Shown one piece after another: positions 36,964-47,098 of a DNA stretch of 64,000 nucleotides. The notes beneath the pieces were generated by a model that was given only the letters and a program-made list of their open reading frames with translations, did no database searches and was not told the origin of the DNA. The stretch's first letter is position 1. Every line of letters begins with the position of its first letter. The stretch covers positions 3,536-67,535 of the forward strand of contig DATJTK010000074.1 in assembly GCA_035503455.1 (NCBI GenBank). The letters run 5' to 3'. Source of the stretch: Candidatus Sulfotelmatobacter sp. Its GTDB lineage: Bacteria > Verrucomicrobiota > Verrucomicrobiia > Limisphaerales > UBA11358. The position numbers and the translations under genes were made by a program.

Positions 36964-39900
36964 TCAATTGTGGGTCAGCGAACCAGATTGAATCAGTGCG
37001 GCAGCTTCATCCAATTGAATCCGCGCAAAGAGCCAGGCTTGCCAGGCGAACCCCGAATCCTCTGCGATGGCTGCGGGCATGCTGGGCGGCGCCAGGTCAT
37101 TGCCCCTGGCCAAATCGGCTCGGGCCTCATCGATTCTTCCCAGACGCCAGTTTGCCATGGCCAGGACTGCATAGGCATGGCCATGGGAATAATTACCTTC
37201 AATCTTAAGCGGTCGTTGAGCCCATTCCAGCGCCGCGTCATAGTGCCCCTGCCGATATTCAGACAAAGCCTTGCAGACTTCAAAGAACGGCATAGCGTTC
37301 TGATCCCGGGCTCCTTGCGTCACTGTAAAATCCGCGAGACGATAGATAAGATCGGCATTCGTCCTTGTGACGGGCGCGAAGAGGCAGGCTTTCGCCACTT
37401 GATCAGCAACGTAAACATTGGTCGTGTCTCCAAATTTGGAGAGAAGTGTGTCGCAGAACTGTTCATATTTGGACTGCTCTTTGGCTTCCAGCAAGAGCGC
37501 CGCAAGCATCGCATATAATCCACGGTCGGTGGGTTGATATTCAAACGCCAGCGCTGCGTCGTCAGCGGCTTCGTTCCATTGTCCGCTTCGGGCACGCAGA
37601 TCTGCGCGCAACGAGAGCAATCTTTGGCTGGATGCCTTCCCGGCCAGCTCCGGCGTAAGGATTTCATCCAGCAGGCGCTCGGCATCGCTAAATTTTTTTT
37701 CGGATTTCAAAACGCGCACGAGATTTTCAACTGCAGACAGCGCGTCCGGATTTTCCGTGTCGCCCTGCTTGAGGTAAGTGTCCAGGGCCTGGCGATCTGC
37801 CTGCTCGGCGTCCGTCAACTTGCCCTCGGATTCCAGTGCAAGGCCGAGGCTGCGCAACGTGTAAAGTGCGTCGGGATCTTCGTCTCCCAAAAGCTTGCGC
37901 TGGACCGAATACGCCGCTCTCAGGATGGAATCGGCCGATTGTAAATCATTCAATTGCCGCATGCGATCGCCGATCAGATAAAGCGAAATGGCAACGTCAG
38001 GATGATTCTCGGGCAGGAGTTTGAGCCGCATCGCAAGGGCGTCTTGTTCCAATTTTTGGGCCTCTTCCTGTTTCCCCCGCGCTCCGCAGGCCCATGCGAG
38101 ATCATCCATGGCCGCCGCCACTGAGGGGTGAACCGGGCCGAGGAGTTTGCGCCGAATTTCGAGCACTCGCCGGGCCGTGCTTTCCGATTCCTCCCATTTG
38201 CCCTCGTCACCCAGAATGATGCAAAGATTGCGCAGCGAATCCGCCACATCAAGACTGTCATCGGTGGATAATTTTTGCCGAACTGCCAACGCCGCCCGCG
38301 CCATCGTCTCCGCCTCCGTATGTTTTCCTTCCTGCCTGTAAACCGCGCTCAAATCGTTAAGCGAAGCCGCAGTATCGGCATTGTCCGGGCCAAAAATCTT
38401 CTGCCGGATGTTCCAGGCCTGGCTGTAGGCCTGCTCAGCCTCGGGCAGTTTGCTCTGGACCATATACGCATCTCCCAGGTTGTTGAGCGAAGTTGCCGTT
38501 TCGGCGGATTCCGGGCCGGATACTTTGTGCCGGATTGCGACCGCGGTCCCAAGCAAATCCTCGGCGCGCCGGTAGTTGCCCACTTCGCGATAGAGATTGC
38601 CAATCACATCGCACAGTTCGGCTTCGACCGCCGGCTGATTGGTCATGTCGCCCACGCGATCGGCTGTCTTGTCGAGTATTTCCCGCAACATGGTGGTGTC
38701 CCGGCCGAGGGCCACCGAGGGCCCTACACCCTGTAACGTGGTTTCCAGGAACCTCGTGACCTGTTGTGCCTCGATCTTGTCAGTGTCCGCCTCGCGGCGC
38801 ACCTGTCGTTCCCTTGCCAGCAGCACCGACACCACGATCAAACTGGTGACCAGGAGTATTGCGACAATGCCTCCGGCCGTGAATACAAGCTTATTGCGGA
38901 CCACTGTTTTCTGAAACCTATAGAGCCTGCCCGGCGGACGTGCGGATACGGTTTCATTTCCCAGGAAACGTTTAACATCGAGCGCCAGGCCGTTTGCGGT
39001 TTCATACCGGCGCGTCCGGTCTTTCTCGAGCGCCTTTATGACGATCCAATCCAGGTCACCGCGCACCGTGCGGATGAGCCTGGCAGAGTCGGTTTTGCGG
39101 CGTTTTGCGACGGCGATCAACTCTGCCGACGGAAGGCTGTTGAGCCGCGAGGAAGGGCGCTGAGGTTCCTGTTCCCGAATCACCCGGCGGATTTCATCTG
39201 GACTGATTTTCAGCAAAGCTCCGGTATCAAACGGCGTCGAACCGGCCAGCAATTCGTAAAGCAACACACCCAGGCTGTAGATATCGGTGCGCGTGTCTAC
39301 TTCCATGCTTGTGAGCGATGCCTGTTCCGGGCTCATGTAGGCCGGCGTGCCCACGACCATTTCGAAGGAAGTGAAAAGTGTCGCTTCCGACAGGCGCTGG
39401 TCGGATGTGGCCTTGGCGATGCCGAAATCGATGACGACGGGCAAGGGACGGCCTTCGGCCGGTTCTGTCACCAGGATGTTTGATGGTTTGATGTCCCGGT
39501 GAATGATTCCTTTTTGATGCGCGTGCTGAATCGCCTGGCAGACCTGAATAAATAAATCCAGCCGTTTTTCCGTCGTCAGTGAATTCTGATCGCAATAAGC
39601 GGTGATTTTGATGCCCCGAATCAGTTCCATCACGAAATAAGGACGGCCGGATTCGGTGGCGCCCGCATCGAAGACTTTGGCGATGCCCGGATGATCCATC
39701 AACGTCAGCGCTCGCCGCTCCGCTTCGAACCGCGCAATCACACTCCGGGTATCCATGCCCGGCTTGATGATTTTGAGCGCGACCTTTCGGTGCGTCGGAT
39801 TTTCCTCCTCGGCCATGAAGACGATTCCGCCTCCGCCCTCGCCGATTTGTTGCAGTAGCTTATAAGGGCCAATGCGATCGCCCGGTTTCTCGCCTACCTG

Positions 39901-40110
39901 GATGCTCGCCCTGGCCGAGATGGCCATCCGTTGCGCCGTCTGTTCCAGGAATACGCCGGCGCGATCGTGCGCCTTCAGCAAGGCTTTGACCCGCTGGAGC
40001 AGGGGGGTGTCATCGCCACAGGCGCGCTCGAGGAAATCGGAGCGCTCGCCTGTGGGCAATCCAAGGGCCTGTGTAAACAGTTCCTCATCGCGGCTTAGCG
40101 GATCGTTCAA
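36964..40110 (-). CDS. Ser/Thr protein kinase with one TM helix and a long TPR-repeat C-terminal domain
   Basis: VALKIIK, HRDIKPSNIL, DFGIAK and GTPAYMSPE kinase motifs. TM helix at about aa 400-425, followed by many TPR-like repeats. 1048 aa. Confidence 0.95.
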   Translation of the reverse strand: MNDPLSRDEELFTQALGLPTGERSDFLERACGDDTPLLQRVKALLKAHDRAGVFLEQTAQRMAISARASIQVGEKPGDRIGPYKLLQQIGEGGGGIVFMAEEENPTHRKVALKIIKPGMDTRSVIARFEAERRALTLMDHPGIAKVFDAGATESGRPYFVMELIRGIKITAYCDQNSLTTEKRLDLFIQVCQAIQHAHQKGIIHRDIKPSNILVTEPAEGRPLPVVIDFGIAKATSDQRLSEATLFTSFEMVVGTPAYMSPEQASLTSMEVDTRTDIYSLGVLLYELLAGSTPFDTGALLKISPDEIRRVIREQEPQRPSSRLNSLPSAELIAVAKRRKTDSARLIRTVRGDLDWIVIKALEKDRTRRYETANGLALDVKRFLGNETVSARPPGRLYRFQKTVVRNKLVFTAGGIVAILLVTSLIVVSVLLARERQVRREADTDKIEAQQVTRFLETTLQGVGPSVALGRDTTMLREILDKTADRVGDMTNQPAVEAELCDVIGNLYREVGNYRRAEDLLGTAVAIRHKVSGPESAETATSLNNLGDAYMVQSKLPEAEQAYSQAWNIRQKIFGPDNADTAASLNDLSAVYRQEGKHTEAETMARAALAVRQKLSTDDSLDVADSLRNLCIILGDEGKWEESESTARRVLEIRRKLLGPVHPSVAAAMDDLAWACGARGKQEEAQKLEQDALAMRLKLLPENHPDVAISLYLIGDRMRQLNDLQSADSILRAAYSVQRKLLGDEDPDALYTLRSLGLALESEGKLTDAEQADRQALDTYLKQGDTENPDALSAVENLVRVLKSEKKFSDAERLLDEILTPELAGKASSQRLLSLRADLRARSGQWNEAADDAALAFEYQPTDRGLYAMLAALLLEAKEQSKYEQFCDTLLSKFGDTTNVYVADQVAKACLFAPVTRTNADLIYRLADFTVTQGARDQNAMPFFEVCKALSEYRQGHYDAALEWAQRPLKIEGNYSHGHAYAVLAMANWRLGRIDEARADLARGNDLAPPSMPAAIAEDSGFAWQAWLFARIQLDEAAALIQSGSLTHN

Positions 40111-40160
40111 AGTGATAATACTAATCTTGCGGGAACCTACGGGGTTGTCAAATTACACGC

Positions 40161-40910
40161 TCATTTAGTCCCGAAATAGCATACGTTCAGGCCGTTTCTG
40201 TGCAAAACGTCGTATTCCTTGAACCCGCTGCGGCGAAGGAGTTCAAACTGGAACGGAAGGGAACGAGGGGAGTCTTCCTTGTGAACATAGGCAAATACTT
40301 TTTGACGGTAGGCGGCTCCGCCGAGTGTTTCCAGGTGTTTTCCAAAACGATTCCACATGAGTTCCTGGACGTCGTCGGCGTCAAAGATTGTAAAATCAGC
40401 GACATAAAGGCGGCCACCGGGTTTCAACCAATCCTGTAAACGGGCGAAGACGTTCATCCAGTCCGCTTCATCACGCAAATGGTGCAAAACGGCTCCAGCC
40501 ACAATGCAGTCGAAAGAATGCGATGGAAAATCCAGTTGTCGCATGTCGGTTTGGTGGCAAGTGACGGAAGTAACGCCTGTTGTCTGGATGCGTGTACGCG
40601 CGCGTTCAAGCATCGGGCGGCTTAAATCGACCAAATGACACTGAAGCGGGCTTATTTCCTGGAGGATGCGAAGGGTAAAATTGCCGGCGCCACAGCCTAA
40701 ATCCAGGAGGGTGCTGCCCGGCTGAAGGCGCCGGGCGGCGGATTGGGCCAGCAATTCGAGAACCAAGGGAGCGTCCATTATGGCTTGCTGCCCGGTTTCC
40801 AATTGGCTGAACCGTTCCACGTCGTGATCGAAGCGTTCCCTGATTTCCTCAATGCTCGATTTTTCCGAGAGAGGACAGCCAAAGGTTTCGGTAGTTGAAT
40901 TGTTTTGCAT
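40161..40910 (-). CDS. Class I SAM-dependent methyltransferase
   Basis: LLDLGCGAGNFT motif I, LVDLS, and the IVAGAVLHHL pattern. Confidence 0.88.
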   Translation of the reverse strand: MQNNSTTETFGCPLSEKSSIEEIRERFDHDVERFSQLETGQQAIMDAPLVLELLAQSAARRLQPGSTLLDLGCGAGNFTLRILQEISPLQCHLVDLSRPMLERARTRIQTTGVTSVTCHQTDMRQLDFPSHSFDCIVAGAVLHHLRDEADWMNVFARLQDWLKPGGRLYVADFTIFDADDVQELMWNRFGKHLETLGGAAYRQKVFAYVHKEDSPRSLPFQFELLRRSGFKEYDVLHRNGLNVCYFGTK

Positions 40911-40980
40911 GGGGTCACCGTAACAGAAATCGTAATATTGTTTAATTGCTATAAATGAATAGAATTGATACTATTTCGGT

Positions 40981-41907
40981 ATGAATAGAGCCGGGATTTA
41001 CGAATTGGAATGTTTCGTCGCTGTCGCGGAAGAACTCAGTTTTTCCCGTGCTGCCAGGCGTTTGCACCTGAGCCAGCCGCCTTTGTCGCGGCAGATCAAA
41101 TCACTAGAGGAAAAACTCGGCGTACGCTTGTTGAATCGGAACACCCGCTCAGTCACGCTAACATCGGCCGGAGGCCTTTACCTTCAGGATATCCGGCAAA
41201 TTCTGACGCGGCTTGACGCCGCAACGGCATCCGTTCGCCGCGCCGGCACCGGTCAAATTTCGCGCCTGAATCTGGCATTTGTCGGCGTATTGCTGGGGGA
41301 AGACATGGCCGCCGTTCTTCAATCGTTTCGGAAACTTCATCCGCAATGCCAGATTCATCTTACGGACCTGCCGCCTGCGGCGCAACTGAATGCATTGCAG
41401 GCAGGGCAAGTGGATGGAGCGTTCATAGGCGCAGCGCCTCAGAAGCTCAATAAAGGCCTTTCGTCGGTTATTTGGAAACGGGAACCATTGTTGATCGCCC
41501 TGCCTGAAGGCCACGCATTTGCTGCGGCCAAAAAGGTGACCCTTTCGGCGCTCAAAAATGAGAATTGGGTGATGGTAGCGCGGACGGCGGCCCCGGCATA
41601 TCGCCGGCAATTTGACCGGGTGTGCATGGACGCGGGCATCCATCCACAAGTGGTGCAGGAATCCGAGCGGGTGCCGGCGGTGCTCACGATGATTGCCGCG
41701 CAACAGGGTATCAGTTTGCTCCCGGAAGCTGTTTCTCGCCTGGTCCATCCGGGCGTTGTCTTTCGCGCAGTCAAGGGCCGGGCACCCATGCTGGAGCATG
41801 CTTTCGTCTATCGGGCGGACGGGGAGAATCCATTGGTTTCGGACTTTTTGAATTTGTTGGGGAGGGCCCGGTCGTCAAAAAAAATGAAACTCTTGTCTCG
41901 TGAATGA
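40981..41907 (+). CDS. LysR-family transcriptional regulator
   Basis: N-terminal HTH LECFVAVAEELSFSRAARRLHLSQPPLSRQIKSLEEKLGVRLLNR plus a LysR substrate-binding domain. Confidence 0.92.
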   Translation: MNRAGIYELECFVAVAEELSFSRAARRLHLSQPPLSRQIKSLEEKLGVRLLNRNTRSVTLTSAGGLYLQDIRQILTRLDAATASVRRAGTGQISRLNLAFVGVLLGEDMAAVLQSFRKLHPQCQIHLTDLPPAAQLNALQAGQVDGAFIGAAPQKLNKGLSSVIWKREPLLIALPEGHAFAAAKKVTLSALKNENWVMVARTAAPAYRRQFDRVCMDAGIHPQVVQESERVPAVLTMIAAQQGISLLPEAVSRLVHPGVVFRAVKGRAPMLEHAFVYRADGENPLVSDFLNLLGRARSSKKMKLLSRE

Positions 41908-41911
41908 ATCC

Positions 41912-41952
41912 AAAACATCGAACATCGAACATCGAACACTGAACATCGAATG
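41912..41952 (+). repeat. CATCGAA heptamer-tract element, solo arm
   Basis: AAAACATCGAACATCGAACATCGAACACTGAACATCGAATG, 4 nt after the LysR stop and 14 nt before the convergent gene's stop. Confidence 0.85.
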
Positions 41953-41966
41953 CCGGAAATCGCGGT

Positions 41967-43415
41967 TTATGGAATGAAGTGCAATAGAGCAGCGGAAGCC
42001 GGGGGCACCTCAATCGTGAGGGTGCTGGATTTGGCGTGTTTGACTTTATGCCATTTGCCCCGCCAAATGCCGTCCGTACCAATGGCTGCGCCGCCAAGCG
42101 TAACGCCCGTTTTTGCGGCTACGTCCGCCTGCTTTTGCGCCAGGTCCATCCGTTTCCATGATCCGGCTATGGCATTTTGTCCGAGTTGAAATGAAACCTT
42201 CGCGGATTCGGCATGGTCGCCATAGCTTTTGTTGATGAGGGTCACGTAATACGAGCCGTCATTATCGCGATAGGCGTACGCGTCAAAATTAAAACCCGGC
42301 GCCGGGTCCGCATTCACCGGCAGAGGGCGTCCGCGGGCTGCCTGGGTGAAGGCCAAAAGAGCATACGCCTGGGGCCGCATCGCAAAGCCCTGGCCATCCG
42401 GTGCCCGGACGAAGGCGGCGTAGTTGGCCGCGGCGAATCCACCGTCGCGTCCCACGGCTTCGCCGGTGTGGTAATTGACTCCCACAATGTGATGAGCCGC
42501 CCACCAATGGGTGCAGTCCAATGCCCATAACGTGGATGCATAGGTATCGCTCGCGTCTTTTGCGCCTCCGTTGAAACAACTGTTCATCTCATCAATCCGA
42601 TACGGCACGCCTTTGGCGGCGAGAACCGCGCCGACATGGGCATAATCTTTTGCGTAGTCGTTATGAAGATTGTCGTCAAGGAAGCGGGCCCGGGTTGCAG
42701 GCGGGTTTGTTTCTCCGGCGCGGCCTGAACCGAGAAAATAATAATGGTCGCTCGCGATGGCCAGATGCCCGCCGGCGGCGACAGCATCGGCCAATTGGAC
42801 GGCATAAATGTTGGCCCCGGCCACACTGGGGCCATCGAACATCGCGTTGGGGACGGCGTTCAATATGGCGTCGTAGTGCGGTTTCCATGCGGCAAAAAAT
42901 GCGGGGAATGTCTTGAGATAAAACGAAGGTTCGTTGCCGATGGCGAAGGAGTCGAGGTTGCCGGCATAATTGGCTTCGATGTAACGGGCCAGGCGGGCGG
43001 ACTCGGCCGGGTCTCCTTTTTTCAAACGGAACGAATAGATGACCTGGACGCCAGCAGCGCGCGCAAACTTGAAGAGCATGTCAATGTCCGGCCCATGCGG
43101 GACGGGCACGCGCCGGTCATCCACGGCGTTGGCGCCGACGCGCAGACTTTTGATGCCGAGGGTCTGAAAGGCATTGATGAGCGATTGGTCATTGGGGTCA
43201 AAGTAATATTTCCCGTTGGTCGGCAGCAGCATGGACGACTCGTAGCTTAAGCCGAGGAACCGGGAAGGCAGTTCCGGGCCGCTGCCGTTGGGCGCGATCG
43301 TGATGGTGACGGGCTGCGTTTGGCCTTCAAGGAAACGCGGCGCCAGCAGGACGGGAGTCAACAGGACGGCCAAAAGCAGTTTGCGTGTCCAGATGACGAA
43401 AGAAGCGGAATTCAT
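41967..43415 (-). CDS. Secreted glycoside hydrolase, clan GH-A (GH79/GH30-like)
   Basis: Signal peptide. FLGLSYESS...LGIKSLRVGANAVD and the IGNEPSFY (NEP acid/base motif) are typical of (beta/alpha)8 clan A enzymes. The family assignment is tentative. Confidence 0.55.
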   Translation of the reverse strand: MNSASFVIWTRKLLLAVLLTPVLLAPRFLEGQTQPVTITIAPNGSGPELPSRFLGLSYESSMLLPTNGKYYFDPNDQSLINAFQTLGIKSLRVGANAVDDRRVPVPHGPDIDMLFKFARAAGVQVIYSFRLKKGDPAESARLARYIEANYAGNLDSFAIGNEPSFYLKTFPAFFAAWKPHYDAILNAVPNAMFDGPSVAGANIYAVQLADAVAAGGHLAIASDHYYFLGSGRAGETNPPATRARFLDDNLHNDYAKDYAHVGAVLAAKGVPYRIDEMNSCFNGGAKDASDTYASTLWALDCTHWWAAHHIVGVNYHTGEAVGRDGGFAAANYAAFVRAPDGQGFAMRPQAYALLAFTQAARGRPLPVNADPAPGFNFDAYAYRDNDGSYYVTLINKSYGDHAESAKVSFQLGQNAIAGSWKRMDLAQKQADVAAKTGVTLGGAAIGTDGIWRGKWHKVKHAKSSTLTIEVPPASAALLHFIP

Positions 43416-43474
43416 GAATGGAATTTTAGATAAAAGGCGGAGGATGTCAGGGAGAAATTGCTAGTGGCCTAATC

Positions 43475-43532
43475 GGTTTGGTGTCCACCCTTCAGGGTGT
43501 TCCGGAGCACGCTAAAGCGTGTACACCAAACC
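43475..43532 (-). repeat. Palindromic two-hairpin element (copy 2 of 3, compact form)
   Basis: GGTTTGGTGTCCACCCTTCAGGGTGTTCCGGAGCACGCTAAAGCGTGTACACCAAACC. The terminal 10 nt are reverse complements, and there are two internal hairpins. Confidence 0.9.
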
Positions 43533-43669
43533 AAAATAGGACACTCCCGATAAATTGATCGCAATGATTCCACTTGTCTTATTTTGAAAGTGGCGCACGT
43601 TGATGGGTGGAGGATTGGAGCCCGATGGCTCGGGGCACAAAAAGGAGCAGGGAAATAAAAGGATATTCT

Positions 43670-44233
43670 ATGAGCGCATTTTCAGATTTTAATCGTGAGA
43701 TCCGATGGTCCATGGTTGTGAGTATATTGATGATCCTGGCGGGCTGTCTGGCAATCATTGTGCCGCCAATATCGGGGATCGCTGTGACGCTGTTCGTGGC
43801 GTGGCTGTTAATATTGTCTGGTGTGGCACACTGGGCCTATACGTGGGACCGGCGGCAACAGCCCGGGATTTGGTGGGGATGGTTGCTGGGCGTCCTGTTC
43901 GTTGTTGTCGGGATTCGCATGCTGATGTTTCCCGTGGCGGCCCTGGCTTCATTGACGCTGCTGCTGGGAATTTATCTGCTGGTGAATGCGGGGTTGGAGT
44001 TTTCCCTGGCATTTCGTCTGCGCCGGCAGAACGGCTGGGGATGGGTGTTGGTTGACGGGTTGGTGTCGCTTGCTCTCGCGGTGCTCATATTACACAGGTG
44101 GCCCCACAATGCCTTGTGGGTGATCGGCCTGTTGGTTGGTTTCAGCATCCTTTTCGCCGGCATATCCAGGTTTATGCTGTCATTGGCGGCGCGGCATACG
44201 GCCAAGTCCCTGGAAGAACCTGCGCCGGGATAA
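43670..44233 (+). CDS. HdeD/DUF308-family membrane protein
   Basis: Repeated TM pairs (ILMILAGCLAIIVPPISGIAVTLFVAWLLILSGVAHWAY). The ATG at 43670 was chosen. Confidence 0.75.
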   Translation: MSAFSDFNREIRWSMVVSILMILAGCLAIIVPPISGIAVTLFVAWLLILSGVAHWAYTWDRRQQPGIWWGWLLGVLFVVVGIRMLMFPVAALASLTLLLGIYLLVNAGLEFSLAFRLRRQNGWGWVLVDGLVSLALAVLILHRWPHNALWVIGLLVGFSILFAGISRFMLSLAARHTAKSLEEPAPG

Positions 44234-44242
44234 GCTCGTAAT

Positions 44243-44455
44243 CTACCCGCCTTGTGCTGGTGGCTCCCGTTTTTGGAAGCAGACAATATAAACAATAGGC
44301 AGGATGCCCGCCGTGTTGAAGATGGCGATGAATATGTACCAGGCGAGTTGGTTATGCCGGCCACACTTCCACATGGCAATGATCTTCCAGACGGCGTCCC
44401 AAACTGCAACCAGGACGATGATTACGATGAATGCAACTTGTAGCGGACCTTTCAT
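44243..44455 (-). CDS. Small two-TM membrane protein (DUF5652/PLD-N-terminal-like)
   Basis: VAFIVIIVLVAVWDAVWKIIAMWKCGRHNQLAWYIFIAIFNTAGILPIVYIV. Start trimmed to the ATG at 44455. Confidence 0.5.
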   Translation of the reverse strand: MKGPLQVAFIVIIVLVAVWDAVWKIIAMWKCGRHNQLAWYIFIAIFNTAGILPIVYIVCFQKREPPAQGG

Positions 44456-44625
44456 AGGTTTCTTTCCATTGGTTGTTTGCTGAATTTCCCATCGATCCAA
44501 TTTAATATCCGGAAAGGCAAATGTTTTAAACGTCGGTTGCTGATTGCTTACCATATGTTGTTCGCCTTTCCGTTTTTGATGCCTGGTCATCGCCAAGTGC
44601 TGTACGCCAGTACAATTGGTACTGC

Positions 44626-44704
44626 CACCGCCGTCTCGGTGCGTGTTCCTCGAGACTGGCGGCGAGACGCCGCCCGAACCGGCAGGCGAGACGCCTACCC
44701 TACG
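44626..44704 (-). repeat. GGCAGGCGAGACGCC-type repeat (related to segments inside the 59.2/59.6 kb direct repeats)
   Basis: CCGAACCGGCAGGCGAGACGCCTACCCTACG is the reverse complement of CGTAGGGTAGaCGTCTCGCCTGCCGGTTCGG at 59319-59349 and of the matching segment at about 59738-59768. Confidence 0.8.
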
Positions 44705-45198
44705 GCCTGGAAGCTTCGTTCACGAAATCGCGAGTGTAGGGTGTTGAAAAGGTGAACGAAGTTTTTTGAGACCAAAAAACGGGCTTTTTATTGGGAAATT
44801 CGAATAGTTTTTCGTTCACGCCAGGCGTGTTTTGATATGCGTTCGTTTACCAGTTCGTGCACGAAATGGCGCCTGGAAATGGGGAGCCGCGAAATACTCG
44901 AACCAGACGAAATCGGGCATGTCGGCGGGTGGGTGGGTGTGCTCCGCAAACCCGTAACACCCGTAACGGTTACATGCCTCAAAATCAATGACTTAAGGGT
45001 TAACAAACCATTAACCGGGGGGTTAACAAAGATACGCAAGTTATTGAATGTAACAAGTTTAAGTGTTAACAGGACATGGGCTGCACACCGCTATGTTTTC
45101 TTCGATATAAAAAAAGGGTTTTGGCATTGAAAGATAGCTTGCAAAGCCAAGGGATGGGAGGATAATCGCCGATATGACCGCAAAACTCAGATTGCAGC

Positions 45199-46641
45199 AT
45201 GAACAACAAGCCAAATGGGAGATCCCAGTCTAAACCCAGTTGGACGATTGGCGCAAAACGAACTGCTGGAATTGGCCTGGTTTGCGCATTAGTCATTGCA
45301 ATTTTTGCCTGGAACGCTTACTGGGACTTTACTCAATTAGACATTCCACGCGCGGAAGATTGCTACTATAACCTGTTAGTGCAGGGATTTCGCGCAGGTC
45401 AACTTAATGTAAAACGAGAACCACCGCCCGCTCTCGCCCGCCTTCCCGATCCATATAATCCAACTGCCATTCGTCCATATTTACACAGCAAGCAATCCGG
45501 CATTATCTATGACATGAGCTATTACAAGGGGAAGTTATACCTGTATTTCGGACCTTCGCCGGCTTTGGTGCTTTTCTGGCCTTATGTCACCCTGACCGGG
45601 CACTATATTTCGCAGAAGGGTGCGGTCGTGATTTTTCTCGCAATCGGCTTCGTGACCAGCGCGGTCTTATTATGGGCGCTCTGGCGGCGTTACTTTCCGG
45701 AAGCGAGGATTTGGGTTCTTTCCGTCGGCATACTCATACTGGCTTTGGTCCCTGGCCTGCCGCAAGTGCTATCGACCTGTGGCATTAATGTAGTTGCGAG
45801 AACTTGTGCGTTTGCGTTTACCATGCTCGCTTTGGCGGCGATTTGGTGCGCGTTGCATGAGCCGAAACGGCGGGTGATTTGGCTGTCGTCGGCAAGTCTG
45901 GCTTACGGATTGGCGATAGGGTCGGTGCCCTCATTATTGTTTGGCGCAATAATACTTTTGATGCCTGTGGCTCAGGCATGGCGTTCGGCAACTGAACCGG
46001 TTTCCCGCAGGGGGGTTGCGTTGCTTTTAGCGGCTGCGGCCGGTCCATTGATGCTAATCGGGATTGGGCTGATGCTTTACAATACGCTGCGTTTTGGCAG
46101 CCCATCTGAATTTGGCTGGCACTATCAGATAGGCGGTTTTCGGCAAATTGCCACCCACCCATTCAGTCTGCGCTACCTTTGGTTCAACTTTTTCTTCTAT
46201 TTTCTGGACCCGACACACTGGACAAGTCATATCCCTCTTTTGCGGGCTTTCCACTCTTTGCCGCTTCCATCAGGTTACCAAATGTCGGGAGGATCTTACG
46301 GTGGAATTCTAATCATCTATCCGCTGGCGTGGCTGGCTTTGGCTGCGCCGCTGGCATGGAGGGGCAGGCCGGCGGAAGAGGTTTCCGGCTTGCGCTGGTT
46401 TGTGGCGGCGATAGTTTCGCTATTCGTAATTAATGCATTGACGGTTTGCCTCTTTTGTTCTGCCTACAGCCGCTATGAATTGGATTTCCTCCCAGCTCTG
46501 ATGATGCTGGCTGCCATAGGTGTCTTTGGTTTGGAACGGTCATTGGCAGATTATCCAGCCTGGGGGCGCGTAACGCGCTGGATTTGTTGCTCGCTGGTAG
46601 CCTATTCGGTTGGATTTCATGTATTTTTAATCGGAGCATAA
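45199..46641 (+). CDS. Polytopic membrane protein, paralog of the membrane domain of 4041..6176 (no TPR tail)
   Basis: Shared blocks: EDCYYNLLVQGFRAGQLNV, DMSYYKGKLYLYFGPSPAL, FGAIILLMPVAQAW, LMLYN..RFG.P.EFGWHYQ, HWTSH, YELDFLP. Confidence 0.8.
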   Translation: MNNKPNGRSQSKPSWTIGAKRTAGIGLVCALVIAIFAWNAYWDFTQLDIPRAEDCYYNLLVQGFRAGQLNVKREPPPALARLPDPYNPTAIRPYLHSKQSGIIYDMSYYKGKLYLYFGPSPALVLFWPYVTLTGHYISQKGAVVIFLAIGFVTSAVLLWALWRRYFPEARIWVLSVGILILALVPGLPQVLSTCGINVVARTCAFAFTMLALAAIWCALHEPKRRVIWLSSASLAYGLAIGSVPSLLFGAIILLMPVAQAWRSATEPVSRRGVALLLAAAAGPLMLIGIGLMLYNTLRFGSPSEFGWHYQIGGFRQIATHPFSLRYLWFNFFFYFLDPTHWTSHIPLLRAFHSLPLPSGYQMSGGSYGGILIIYPLAWLALAAPLAWRGRPAEEVSGLRWFVAAIVSLFVINALTVCLFCSAYSRYELDFLPALMMLAAIGVFGLERSLADYPAWGRVTRWICCSLVAYSVGFHVFLIGA

Positions 46642-47098
46642 AACCGACATTCCGCGTCATCGCATTCGCCAAAAATTTAAAGGGGGGGCAATGAGCCGCC
46701 GATGGCATTGGCCACGCTGCCCTCCAGCTCCGTAGGAGAGCAACCGCCAAAATCGGAATATAATGGCGGGAATAGTGTAGGCCGTGTGTCCTCACACGGC
46801 GCTTCCCGCTCATCGTCCATACACCGTCCAGAACCGGAAGATTCGTAAGAACTCGCTTCGCGTCTTGGAGTGCGGTGGCAAGTCTGCGCGACACCGCTTT
46901 TCGCACTTCATTGGACTTTCAAACGGCGATTGACGCGTCGAAGTGGGCTCCCCGAAACCGGGGGTTAATTGGAAGCGCAATATTTGTAGTAAACGCTCGC
47001 CAAAAAAACCTTCCCAGGCGCCGCAGACCGAGTTTCTGCGTGTTGACAGCGATTGCCGCGCAGCAAATACTTCGGCAACCTGGGAAACCACATTGGAA

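Noticed and set aside
46650-46900. ORF 46430-46906 and neighbouring ORFs in the 457-nt spacer before the esterase-like gene
   Set aside because: The region is made of repeat motifs (GCCGTGTG-tcct-CACACGGC hairpin; TGGAGTGCGGTGGCAAGTCTGCGCGACACCGCTTTTCG giving the peptides LECGGKSARHRFS / ATALQDAKR). No coding signal or family motif is present.
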